A stretch of DNA of 62,784 nt, filler included, from Rhabdomonas costata (lineage: Eukaryota): the NCBI GenBank assembly GCA_019059605.1. It is 35 parts of 35 records of this genome, joined end to end, with 100 filler letters (N's around TTAATTAATTAA, not from the genome) between each part and the next. Parts side by side here need not be neighbours in the genome. Positions count along the whole stretch, not along the records: positions 10,787 to 12,483 come from JAHMHO010010492.1; positions 12,584 to 14,279 come from JAHMHO010010493.1; positions 14,380 to 16,076 come from JAHMHO010010494.1; positions 16,177 to 17,873 come from JAHMHO010010495.1; positions 17,974 to 19,671 come from JAHMHO010010496.1; positions 19,772 to 21,465 come from JAHMHO010010497.1; positions 21,566 to 23,262 come from JAHMHO010010498.1; positions 23,363 to 25,059 come from JAHMHO010010499.1; 27 more parts are not named here. One strand, given 5' to 3'. The notes beneath the pieces are model-generated. The model was not told where the DNA came from. It made no database searches and was given only the letters and a program-made list of their open reading frames with translations. Positions 11,801-24,300 of the stretch are shown here, one piece after another. The position numbers and the translations under genes are program-made. How positions within the stretch are numbered: position 1 is the first letter of the stretch; every line of letters begins with the position of its first letter.

Positions 11801-14800
11801 TCTTCCAGTTGCGATGGCGCTAGGACCAATTCCGGCTTGCATCTAGCAGGCATGCCGTTTCCGAATAAGAAGGCCACTTGCGAATTACAAAGAGTATGGT
11901 GAACGTATTGCCCTCGAAGGTGCAGCACCTCCGCTCGGGGGTGAAAGCAAGGGAGCAGATCAATACACAATACACAAAAAAAGGTGAGGACGGTACCCCA
12001 GCGTAGCACAACCACGACAACAAGGCGTGTGGCCGCGGGCAAAAGTAGCCAGAAAGCACGGGTGCCGGCCCAAGGCAGGCAGGCAAACACAGTGTAGGGT
12101 ACAGCATAAGGGCAGGGGTTCATAGTGAATGCACACTGCCCAGACAGAAAAAAACGACCCGTCACGGGGGCTGCTCTTGCAGCCTTTGGAAAGGAAGCTG
12201 GACAAAGCCAAAACCCAACCCTCCTGCGTTCTTGCATGAGCAGCAGACACGCGTGTGTACACACGCAGACAACTCTCCTTGAGAAGGAACCGCCTCCTTA
12301 AGACACACCACAAGATAACAGTCCTGAACTTTGTCAGGTGACGTAAACCTGTATACTTCGCGGGACACCAATGAACAGGCGAGGGCAAGGAGGGGAATGA
12401 TTACCCCAACTTGCACTTCGAGCTTATCTTGGCCGAGGAGCTCCACTTGCTCTTGCTGTAGGTCTGCCAACCCACCCCCCCCCNNNNNNNNNNNNNNNNN
12501 NNNNNNNNNNNNNNNNNNNNNNNNNNNTTAATTAATTAANNNNNNNNNNNNNNNNNNNNNNNNNNNNNNNNNNNNNNNNNNNNAGTGAGATGAGATGAGA
12601 TGAGAAGCGGGGCGGGGTTACAGAAGATACAGAAGCTGAAGAGTTGGGATTGGGGTGGGTGTGCGGACAGGAGTGGGGAAGAGGGCTCTTCGAGTGGGGG
12701 CCGGAGGAGTAGGCACACTAGAGCGGTGGCGTGCACTGGGAAACGGAAGAAAATAACAGATGTGTCCATGACGGCGAACGTCGATAAGGGATAGGGAGCC
12801 TCGGACCGAACCAGATGTGAATTTATACAAAAAACGAAATTTTCGATTTTTTTTCTCTTGAAATATCTTGAGACTATTCCATTTGGTAAGAAGTTTGGAC
12901 GACGCAGGACTCAATCCCCCCCCCCCCCTGTTCTGCTCAGCCCCCCTGAGGTTTAGCTAATTCTTGGGGCGATTTCTGCAAGAGACGGTCATGTTGCTCA
13001 AGAGACGATGATAATGCTAATGCTATTCTTATCACGGTGCAAACAAGTGAAATGGATTGCGGAAGACACACAAATTGATAAATCCACCTTGGGGGATGGG
13101 CGGCACGGATCCCAACTCAGCATCGCATTGCGGACGAGGTTCAACCAACTTATCATCGGTTCGGACACCGTCATTTTGGTTCTCTTCAGCTGGCAGAGAA
13201 CTGCCTATCGAAATAACAGGGGGGTGGGAAATAAAAGGGACGGGGGAAGACGATGAGCACAAAAAACGAACTCGCCACAACCTGGGCCCACGCATGTCCA
13301 GAGGCACAGGTTTCAAAACAGTCGAAGCGGCTTGGCTACCTCTGGGCTTGTGTCACCAATGCCTATACCAACGCAACATTCTTGCATTTTCTATCGTTCT
13401 CCTCCACTAATTCCGCGCAAGTCCTCTCCGTTTGATTCGATGGGAATTGTTGCGATCCCTTGGCAGTTCACAACGACTGGCAAAACGAGAGCGGCAGATC
13501 AACCAGTCAACTAGTTAACCAGGAACATCACATTTTCATCCATCTGCACATGACCTTGCCTATGCCCGGGACGCCCATGCGCGACATCGCGCCTGTTGCG
13601 CAGCCCCTCAGCAGTGTTCAGGCCCTTTGCCTCGCCTTCGCTAGCATTGTCCCCTAAGAACGAAAGGAACAGGGAGTCCGGCACGCACCAAAACGCACCG
13701 CTTCACACTTGGGGTGGACCTAATCCTGTCGGCGCGATACGGCAGAGTTAACAATCGATTCGAAGTAAAAACCTCTTCATCTGATACAATCTGTTGATCA
13801 GAGGATAGATCCTTTTCGCAGCTTCGGGGGCAGTCCATGGGTGGAGCTGGAATTAGGTTCGAAACCCCGCAAAAATTAAAAAGTATTCATTTGGAACATG
13901 GCTCTAGCTTCAGCAGCTTCAGATGCTTCACTTTAATCCTGCATGCCGGAACACACCGGACGAAACAAAACAAAAATAAAATGTAGAGAAATTGACGCGC
14001 AAACAAAAAACAAAATGTAACATTAAATCGTTGGATGACGAGTGGTGCGCATCCTGAGCAAAACGAAACAAAGTTGTGAAACCTCCAACGAAGACAGACC
14101 TGAAGATAAGGGCATTTTTTTGGCTCAGCACATTGAGGGAACAAAAACTGACCGCAACCAGAACGGGGATGATAGAAAAAAGCCTTTCGAAAGGGAAAGC
14201 ACGCATCGATGCTGAGTTCAGCACACATGCGAAAACGTGTTCAACGCCAACACAACCCACACCACCCACACCCAACACANNNNNNNNNNNNNNNNNNNNN
14301 NNNNNNNNNNNNNNNNNNNNNNNTTAATTAATTAANNNNNNNNNNNNNNNNNNNNNNNNNNNNNNNNNNNNNNNNNNNNGGTGTGGTTGAGAAGAAATGG
14401 TAGTAATAAGGAAAGTAATGAGGAGAGGTCCTAAGGTGGGTGTCGTTCTTTGGTTAATGGGAATAATTACGTGCGACCGGAGGAACCACTTTCCCAGTCC
14501 CTTGAAAAGGAATCTTTCGGCATGATTCGCTTGCTTATAGTGAAGAGGCAACGAATGATGAATCTATTCAGATGCTCCTGTACGACTCAGGTCAGGCTCA
14601 TATCATGCCCATTCGGTCGGATACCCTCCGTGCCACTCGCAGAGACAGAATGTGCAGGAGAATCGAAAAAGCCAGCTCGCAGTGCAAAACAAGGCGTGGA
14701 TCCACGACATCATCATGACAGGTTGTCCCAAGGCAGTGCAGCCCATTAGAACGATGAAGAAAATGCCAGAGAGGTTTTTCATATCAGAGTGAGGTGCTTC

Positions 14801-15075
14801 AGGCCACACATCAAAACAAAGAAGTTAATAAGTCAAGGGGAGACGGAGGAAGTGGCGGGAGAAAAGTGGGAAAGGGAAGGAAGGAAAGGGGGCAGAAGAT
14901 CGTCCCACGGGCAGCAACGCCATCAGCACCCTCCTGATTACCCCCATTTGCTATTGAAGCGAACTGTTCGTGGCTCTCTCACACAAATCATCTTGGCTTA
15001 CATAAATCGTCATATCTCGTATTTTAATTGCCATGCAATGTGGGTTGGCCTTGACACTGACTCCCTTTGTTGTAG

Positions 15076-15795
15076 AGCTGAGACTGGAGGAGGGTCACTC
15101 CATGCACCCTGTGATGCACGTCATTGGTGCCACGGGGCAGCTGCTGTTTGTGCTACACCGCAACTTCGCCAACAAGGAAGTCCGGGTCTTCACCACCCGC
15201 GGGCACTGGTACAGGTCTGTACCCCTCAAGGGATGGGGATCTATAGGAAGGGAACAGAGGGCCATGGGGGGTACAGATGTGCGGGAGTTTTGCCAACGTG
15301 CTCATCAGTTGCCATCGACGCAACGGTGACAGCGGGAAAAAAGATGTGACAAAAAGGTGAGAGGCGGTGCGCATCATTTCGGTTTCGAGCAAAACGGTGC
15401 TCTATCGCTTGGCATATCTAGGATCTTTCCCCTTTCCCATTGGTGGTTATTGTGATCCATTTGAGCGGCATGTGTATGCATTCGCAGATATTTGAACACT
15501 TCGATCGCCTCAGAGGATGCGCTGCATCACCTCCGAACCGTCAAATGAGTGGCTAATTGACCTTTACCTATGGTTTCGTGCGCTGCAGGGGTGCGCTCTG
15601 AAGCTGATCTTCCGAGTGCGGCCCCCTTACCCCTCGCCACGTATTCATGTCGTGAAGACAGCCGCCGCCAACACCTTCAACCTGTTCAGCCCCAACAAGG
15701 CGCCCTCCAAGGAGGCCCTGAATGAGGGAGAAGCAGACTGGGCGGCGTTCAGCGAGCAGACCAAGGCGGTGGTGATCCGGAAGAGGGGCAGCGAG
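15076..15795 (+). CDS. Two probable exons of an unknown protein
   Basis: tgtag|ELRLEEG...TRGHWY(R)|gtctgt (15076-15213) joins in phase to MRCITSEP...RKRGSE|gtctct (about 15516-15795). GC3-rich codon usage. Confidence 0.4.
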
Positions 15796-16246
15796 GTCTC
15801 TCTCTCTCTCTGTTTTCGATCGCCCTGCCATCTTTACCTCTTGACAGACATCACTCTGCGGTTCCTTGCAATTCGTGCGCCTCTCCGCGGGCATCTTTTC
15901 TTCCGACAAGAACTCGACCCGGCGCGAAGCTCCATCGTCCTGTACACCCATTTCAAAGCTGTGAACTAGTTTCTTTAAGAAAATATCAAGACTCCTTTCA
16001 AGAAGCAGAGAACGGTGTTCCAGCTTGCGGCATGTGGCCTGCGGCGGAATCATTTAATTACCTTACCCACCACCCCNNNNNNNNNNNNNNNNNNNNNNNN
16101 NNNNNNNNNNNNNNNNNNNNTTAATTAATTAANNNNNNNNNNNNNNNNNNNNNNNNNNNNNNNNNNNNNNNNNNNNGTTGGGTTGTGCAGCTTGTTGGCG
16201 CGTGTCTTATTTGTCCTTGTGTTCTTTACCACCCACTGCGGCGCAG

Positions 16247-17116
16247 GAGATGAGGGTTCGCGCCGGCTCTACACGCTGTGCCCTGCCACGTGGAAGCGCA
16301 AGACTTGTGGCGCGGCAGCATGTGCCGCGGTGACCCAGCAGTCCTCAGGGCGGTGCAAGGATCTCGGGACGGCGGCTGCGGAAATCGTGATGAACTTTGA
16401 GGAGGGAGCGGAGGACGCCGCTGAGGACGGCGGTCCTCCGCTTCCTGGCAACTCTGCGGAAGCCGCTGCCAGCTCTGGCAGCGCGGGGACCTGGGGGAAA
16501 GCCGGTGTGTGCGACGTCTTTCTGCTCATTTTCCCATTTCCCCTGTTCTTTTGGGGTTGATTTTATTTCATGCGTTTGTGCGTTAGCTCTCTTGCTTCCC
16601 GAAGCTTCAGTGGCCTCCGTTTGTTGCCCTTTCTCTTCGCTCCTGTTGTGGCCTTCGTGCAACTTTGCTTTTGGGGTTGCATACCTTGCCCCACCCAACC
16701 TCAGCTGCCTTGATCCTCGTTTTCTTGATGGTCTTCTGTTGATTAACCTTGCCTATCAAAAGAAAAGAAAAAGACGAATGAAGAAACATCTCTCTGTGGG
16801 TGGCGCCTGCAACTGGGGAGATTTTGTGATCCCTCCAGGGAAGGGCACCCTCCGGTTCCGTCGGCGTTATTTGGTGGACGCGATGGACTGCCTGGGAGGG
16901 GTGGCTTCTCTGCTGCCCCTGTTCATGATGCTGGTGGACACTACAGGGGACCGCGCCCCGGCCCTACTGGGGGTCCCTGCGGCGTCGTCGCCCTCCTCAC
17001 CCTCGGGCCCGCATGCCCCTGTGGTTGTGATCCACTCTGCTGTGGTCCCCGAGCTGCTGGACTCCCTGCTCTCCCTGTTTGGGGACCTCGTGGTGGGGCG
17101 CCAGAGCCAGGCACAG
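16247..17116 (+). CDS. BEACH-domain family protein (neurobeachin/LRBA-like), N-terminal-region exons
   Basis: In-phase exons 16247-16504 and 16839-17116. LVDAMDCLGGVASLLPLF matches the conserved D-x(3-4)-[IL]GG-x3-L[LF]PLF motif that follows the ConA-like domain in this family. Confidence 0.65.
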
Positions 17117-17726
17117 GTCCAGCGTGGGCTTCTCACGGGTTATCACACGCTTTCCCTTCCGGGGTTTTTGTGTGCAAGGGCAAGCACTCAAGGGAAAGTT
17201 TTTGCCGTTGGTTTCGCTGTGCGTTGTTTTTTTTGTTTAGGATGGAGCCCAGTAAGACGATCCGGGGCAACTGCATTTGAAAGGCTACGTTTTACGTGTA
17301 CCGTGCTACCACAGAAGATTGTTTAGAAGGACTGTTGGGATAATGACCTCCACACACATGTAACGGAAAATACGCACACTATTGGAGTCCAAGGATAAAG
17401 AACGAAAGGAAATATGGCCTTTTATTTAGATACTCGCTTCCACTAACAGGGGTCCGTTACCATTGCTGGATTTTACACTGTTTGCAGCTCCGCCAATTGT
17501 AACGTGCACCCGATATCTTTGGGAAGAAATGAACACCGCCCCAGACGTCTTAAAGCCAGGAGTTGAATCGTCCTGTTGCTAAAATCATTCATTCTCATCT
17601 CAAGTTGATACAGATGGATCTTCATCACCATCTGACCACCTCCCCGGAATCCCGTCGTTGAGCACGGCTGCATTGGTCATCAAAGGTGGGTATACAATGC
17701 ATGGACGCGTTGGAGAAGTTTCTTGA

Positions 17727-17865
17727 GGCAGAAAGACGACGCATCTCCAGGCCGACGTAGCCCTCTTAACACATAGTAGATGCTGCCTCCACTCGCGTGT
17801 TTGAGACAAGATCTACTATGTGTTAAGAGGGCTACGTCGGCCTGGAGATGCGTCGTCTTTCTGCC
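17727..17865. repeat. 55-bp perfect inverted repeat at contig end
   Basis: 17727-17781 is the reverse complement of 17811-17865. Confidence 0.9.
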
Positions 17866-18563
17866 CCAACACCNNNNNNNNNNNNNNNNNNNNNNNNNNN
17901 NNNNNNNNNNNNNNNNNTTAATTAATTAANNNNNNNNNNNNNNNNNNNNNNNNNNNNNNNNNNNNNNNNNNNNCTCGTGGTACCGGATGATGAGCATTTT
18001 CCACTCCGTTGTTTGACGCTCTATGAACACACCAAGGATATGACTCTGTTTCAGCCTGGTTTTTGGTTTTTGTTGTTTGGGTGCGGTGTTGCGTCTGGAG
18101 CGTGGTGAGCGACCGCACGCGGAGCTGAACGCAGTTTCAGGTCGTGAAGCTCCCGGCTTGTGACCTTAGGGAAGCCATTTTAGCATTCGTTTTTGTGTTG
18201 GGGAGGCCAGGGAAAAGGCATGCGGTCAGACAACCTGCAAGGTGTTGCGTCTGGAGGTGCGAGAGACTTTTTTGCACGTCTTGTATGGAAAAGACAGGAA
18301 TGAAGGAAGGAATCTGCTAGACAAAGAAGAGCTTAACACCCCACAGCACAGCATGTTGTTTTCAGGGACCCGGTAAAAGTAAAATGTTGGAAATTAGAAT
18401 TCTGTGTTGAAGCTTTTCTAGCCGTGGTCATCGCGGTGGATTTGGTGATGAAATGTAGCCAACGCATTTACCTGTGTTCTAAACCTCTATCTCTCATTAT
18501 AGGTTTCCTTCCCTCCCTCTGCGAATCTGGTTGTTGTTATTTGTTGTCTTTATCTCGCTTCAG

Positions 18564-19635
18564 CCCACAAGTCGTGATGGCCAGGGCCCAGGTGCTGTTT
18601 CATCGCTTCTATTTCCGTAAGTCGCTCAAGCGAGCACCTGTCCGGGTTTGCCATTTTTCCGTTTGATGTTCTATATTTACATTTTCAGTATACTGCTGGA
18701 ATCTTCCCGCACATGCTTTTCAGGACACCGCCATGGGGTGTCTCTTCTTGGCCTGCAAGCTTGAGGAAAATTACAAGAAGCTTAGAGTAATGCTCTTGGT
18801 CTTTCACCGGGTTTTTCAGCGGCGGGATGGAATCTCACCACCACAGAGTCTAAATGTGGGTTCCTCGGTATGTTTCTATTTTTCTCGTGTGTGGTTTGTC
18901 ACTCAGTCTTGTAGAAAGAGTTTTGTTTCAGACTAGTTTCCTGCTCATTCTGCAGTCGTCTTCACGACTGCTTCTGCTCACCCCAGTTTTTGACTTTGGG
19001 CAAGTGAAAGTGGGAGTCACCCACAAAATTGCCCCGCCTTGTCGGGGTTGCGTCACTTCCAGGAATATTTCAGCATGAAGAAGAAGATCATTTCCTCCGA
19101 AAACCGCATCCTTCGCGAACTTGGGTTTGTTCTGCACGTGGAGCACCCCCATAAGTTTATCCTCTTTTTCTGCCGAATGCTCGCTGCCGACGGCGACCGA
19201 GAAGGCAACCGCAAGTTTGCCCAGACGGCTTGGAATATTTTGAATGACAGGTGTGCCACTTGCCGCTTTCCTGAGAACCTTGGAACCTCCAACGGAAGGT
19301 AGTTCTTAAGCAATCCCTAAGATCAGCTCTTTTTTTGATTAAGTTCTTCTTGTTCTTTCACCTTTCCATGTTATCCTTCAGTTTCTCGACGCAAGCGCCT
19401 TGAGACAAATCGCCTTTTGGTGAATACTCAAAGAAGCCATCATTGTGTCGTCCTTGAGTTTTTCTGGCTTGTTTCCACCTTTCCTCCTCCCTCAGCTTGC
19501 GGACCACACTCTGCGTGCGGTACCAACCCGAAGTGATTGCCTGTGGAGCAATTTACCTCGCTGGTAGGGTTCTGCAAAGGGCTCTGCCAGAAGACCCGCC
19601 GTGGTGGACGCTATTCGATACGAAGACGGAAGGAA
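18564..19635 (+). CDS. CCNL1: Cyclin L (transcription/splicing cyclin), four internal exons
   Basis: Exons 18564-18645, 18724-18867, 19063-19250, 19496-~19635: [76 protein letters not shown]..PPWW. Confidence 0.92.
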
Positions 19636-20788
19636 AGTGTCTCCCTTCTTCTCCTTTGCAGAACCCCAACANNNNNNNNNNNNNNNNNNNNNNNNNNNNN
19701 NNNNNNNNNNNNNNNTTAATTAATTAANNNNNNNNNNNNNNNNNNNNNNNNNNNNNNNNNNNNNNNNNNNNGGGTGGTGGGTGTGACAGCTGCAGAAGCA
19801 ACGCAGCCATTTCAGCCGCAAGGCCATTTCCACTCGCAGTGGTCCGTGGAGTCCGGATCGGAGGTTCGAGGGGAGAGATGAGTTGCTCCCTGTACGTAAA
19901 GTGCTACCAAACGGAAGGAGAGGAAGAGGAGTGGATAGCAATTGCAAAAAGAGCAGTAGAAACTTTTGCGGAAAAAGAGAAAAAAATGGCTGCATCTAAC
20001 TGGCACCGTTTAGGTTCACGTGGTAGCAAGCTGCATTTTTAGTTCGACCCGAGCAGCAGCCAGATGCAAAAGCAAAACTTCAAAGCTCCAGCAAATTCTG
20101 CTAGCGAATCCTCTGCCCGGTCCTGTCCCTCGTGTGTTGGGCGGGGGCCCCGGAGCAAGCGAACCACTTTGGAAATATATTTCGTCTGCACCAGAACAGG
20201 TTCGAAGAGGGAAGTCTGCATCCCAAAGATTGTGGAGCTATTACATGCCACTGTTCCTCACAGAAGCACAAAAACCTGATCGCCCTTGGCATTCGAAAAT
20301 CTGGCCACTAAAGATACTGCACTCAGTGCCTCATGTATGTCTTTCTTTTTGGGTAAGCCCAATGCAGCAAAATCCATCACAAAACAGCCTCTTCACCAAA
20401 ACCGTAAAGTCCGTACCTAAAATTGGACCCGAACACAAATGGGATTGGACGCGTTTTGAAGGGGAAACAAACCAATCCCTGGTTACGCATGTCTTCATGT
20501 CCTAGTGATTTTATCGAAAATGTCATCCAAAAAGGCGAAGCAAAACCAGAAAAAAGAAGAGCAACTCAAAAAGTATATCAAATTTAGAAGTTGAAATTGA
20601 TTTTACATCCAGGATTTTCACTTGTTAATGTGGATCACGAAAGCTATTGGTTAAATCAAATTGCCCTGTTGTTCTGATCATTTCCCCCCACAAATAATTT
20701 TCAAATTAGAACTGTACAGTTCCTTTGGTTTTTCCGTAAATATTGATCAATTCAGTTTTTGTGTTCAACATTTTGCATTTGTTTTCAG

Positions 20789-21395
20789 AGAGGCAGAGGC
20801 GAAAGCTGCACAACGGGTTGAATTTCTGGAGCAAGAAAACAAAAGGAGGTGTGTTATCTTGCTGGTTTACTCTGGTGGGAAGTCCCTCATGTACTGTCTT
20901 GGGTTCCCCAAATGGGCCAACGTCTTTTCTGCTGTTTCGTTTCATTTTTTGTCAGGGCCGATGTCTTCTTGGCAGAAAAAGTGGAAAGGACTGAGATCAA
21001 GCTGGCGCGAAATGACGCCTATCTTCTCATGATGGTGAGCAGAAAAGTTTACCATCAGACTCAGAGCAAGGTGTTTAGAAACGAAAATTAAATAATGAAT
21101 GGCAAACCTCATTTCTTTTATGGGTTACCGCTTGACTGCAGTTGTCGGAGTTGAACAAAACCAGTGCACTTGAAAAAGCCCAGCTTGAGAAGCAGCTCTC
21201 CCAGGTTACTCGAGCAAAGGATACCCTTGAGAAAGAGGTGTGCTTTAATTTGACCCTTCATGTTACTCTGTGTTTTTTTTTGCTCCAGGCGCTCACCGAA
21301 CCATTCATTTTTTGCAGCTGAACGATTTAAAAGCTGCCCACAAGGCGGACGCTGCGGAGCTCGCCCTAATCCGAAAAAAGTTGGAAGGAGAGATG
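20789..21395 (+). CDS. Coiled-coil protein, short exons
   Basis: GT-AG-bounded E/K/A/L-rich exons (EAEAKAAQRVEFLEQENK; LSELNKTSALEKAQLEKQL; LNDLKAAHKADAAELALIRKKLE). Confidence 0.5.
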
Positions 21396-24300
21396 GTACT
21401 TGGGGTTTCTTTTTTTGTGGTCTTTTTGTGTTTGCTTTGATTTTCACGCTGGGTACCCCCACACCNNNNNNNNNNNNNNNNNNNNNNNNNNNNNNNNNNN
21501 NNNNNNNNNTTAATTAATTAANNNNNNNNNNNNNNNNNNNNNNNNNNNNNNNNNNNNNNNNNNNNATTTTTGAGACACGCGGCTTAAAAACAGGGTGAAA
21601 AGACTTCTGTTCGGAATGGTACAGACTAATCTCTCAGTTTCCGGGTGGAGCTAGCCTTAGATTATTGAATCAATCGTTTTGTGAAAAGCGCGCACCTTCA
21701 CCCAGCTACCCTAGAGACTCGCACCACAATGTCCATGTGTTGGTGATCCGTCTCCCCCCACGGATATCCAAAGGAAAGATGTTTTGAGCAGTTCCGATGC
21801 ATTATCTCACATTTTCTAATTAAAATGGACACTATAAGTCCGATGGGAGCAACTGGTACACGGTACAAAGGGGGGGAAAACTTCTAACCGCTCACTAACA
21901 TGCCTTCAAAACAGTTGACAGTGACCCACACCGAATCGACACCAGCCGCTTCACGCTACACATTCCAACCATAAAAATGGATGTCTGCGTGCCTGTCGAA
22001 TCTGGAGAAACACGAGAGAAACCATTCTGACTCAGGGTTTGTGTATAGCTCGTCGCCCTCAATCACCTGCAGTCATAGAACGGGTCTGGAACCATCCAGG
22101 CTTTTATGAAGACGGATGCGAGTTAGCAGGCACACCTGTCAGGGTGGTGATGGGCAGCTGCCGGCTCGGCTGGTAGGGCACACATGCAAAAAAGGTGCGG
22201 CTCAGGCGGAGCAGCGCCTTCTCCACCTCCGCGCTGCCGCCTGGTGCGGCATCCACTGTGCGCCAAAACCAAATGGCGGCGTCGGGGCACGAGCAAAAAA
22301 AAATGGAGAGCAGCACTATTTCTTCGGCTTCACATACACCGGCGCAGAATACAAAAAATAGACGGTCAGAGGGAAGAAAAAAGTTGACGAAAATAGTGCA
22401 AGCAGTTTGCTCGGAGGTCAGCGGACAAGAGGGGTTGGGCGAAAGGTGGGCCGGTTTGCACAGGCTGGCTCCGTGGTACCGCATTTGAGGTTGCATATGC
22501 ACACCGACCGACACGGGACCCGAATTGTCTTGGTAGGGTTCCTGCTTTCCACAGCTACAGCAAAAGAAACAGTCCAATCGCAACCCTTCAGCTCCTCAGA
22601 GGTCCCGGGAGACGTAAAGGGGAGGGGACCCCAGTCCACCGCAGGGGGGGCCAAGGGGGCCCAGCACTCCCGGGAAGGAAGAGACGCCGGCTCATCCCCA
22701 AGGCACACTCCATCAGGCCCAGGGGCCAGCTCTGCAGCACATACGCACAGGCACACAGTGGGGAGCTGGAGTATAATGGATGTGCTGCCCATGAGGCTAA
22801 TTCTCCGCAGTGTTCGCCGACGAGGGCAAAGAACAAAAATATATTAACGCGCATTTACGGACACCAAACAGAAGGTGTGGAAGTAGACTAGAAGACATAA
22901 GGCCCCAAGGTTATGATTATTGAATGACCAAAGGCAGGGGAACGCGCCCAAGGTACAGCGAAACCCCAAAGAATAAAAGGTGAGAAAGAGGACTTTTCTG
23001 GTTTTGGTAGAAAAAACTATACCCGTTAAACGATGCCAAACGTCAGTCAAAGAACTAAATTCTATCCTCACATGGGTTACGTTTAGCTACCGTTTCCCGC
23101 ATTTCAGGCGCAAGAAGAAAGAAAAAGAGTAACAAGCAGCACCAGTAGTAGGTACGGTAGAAGGAGGACAGAGATGACGAGATATGAGCTGTGTAGGTGG
23201 GCGGATGTGCACCCCCCCCCACACCCACACACACTGGTTTCAAAGAATGGGTACCCACACAANNNNNNNNNNNNNNNNNNNNNNNNNNNNNNNNNNNNNN
23301 NNNNNNTTAATTAATTAANNNNNNNNNNNNNNNNNNNNNNNNNNNNNNNNNNNNNNNNNNNNGTGTTGTTTTTGACGTGTGGTGTGTGTGTAGGGGGGGG
23401 GGCGCCTGACGCCCACACGGCATGCTCTGAGCAGAAAAGATCCTCTCGAAATTTCATCGCTGGCATCAAGTGAGAGGAAATCACGCTGCATTGCGCACGG
23501 TTGGTCACGGGTGTGACAGGCAGGAATTCCAATCCACGTGCACAAGGCGCCATGACGCCACAACTCTGCTCGCAAACTTATGGGAAGCGCGGGATGCGCA
23601 CACAGACACAAGATATTCATAGACCAAAGCAAATTCCTTGGATTCACACCCCTGCGGAGGCCAGGCTGTCAGAGGGCGCCCTCCGCGTGTTGATGACCTC
23701 GGCGAACGGGCTGCACCCAAGCACAGAAAAGAGGGTGAGCAAGCACAGAAAAGAGAGTAAGAGGGAAAGGACTGTGGCTGCGAAAGCCCTCAGCAGTGCA
23801 ACGAACATCTCTCCACAGCAGAGACCAAAAGGACAGGCGGCTGCACCGTCACCCTGGCAATCTCTAAATTGAACCCCGAGGGATTGCAAAGACCAGAGGA
23901 GAAGGAAGGAAAGGAAACGAAAGGCCACTGGAAGGCACTTTTGGCACGACAAGGTCCAACAAAAACGCATACTGCAATGCCCACACACTTCCTGTTTGTC
24001 CAACTCTCAACAAAAAAGCTCACCCTCTTCCCATCTCACAAACCCACACCTTCGGAGCTGGGACAACCCGGAGCAGCTCCTGCGATGCGCACACAAACGG
24101 AACAGAGGTACAGCCCAAACCGAAACCCATATTTCGGTGGATGAGTCGCGTGCAAATTTCGATGCGTTACAAAAAAAATAAACCAGCACACGAATCAACC
24201 ACCGCAATTCCCAATTGCGCCGAGAGCCTTACTGTAAATTCCTGTGAGCTGAAGGGGTGATTTATCTTTTCCATGCGCGGGCTTCAGCATATACGTCACG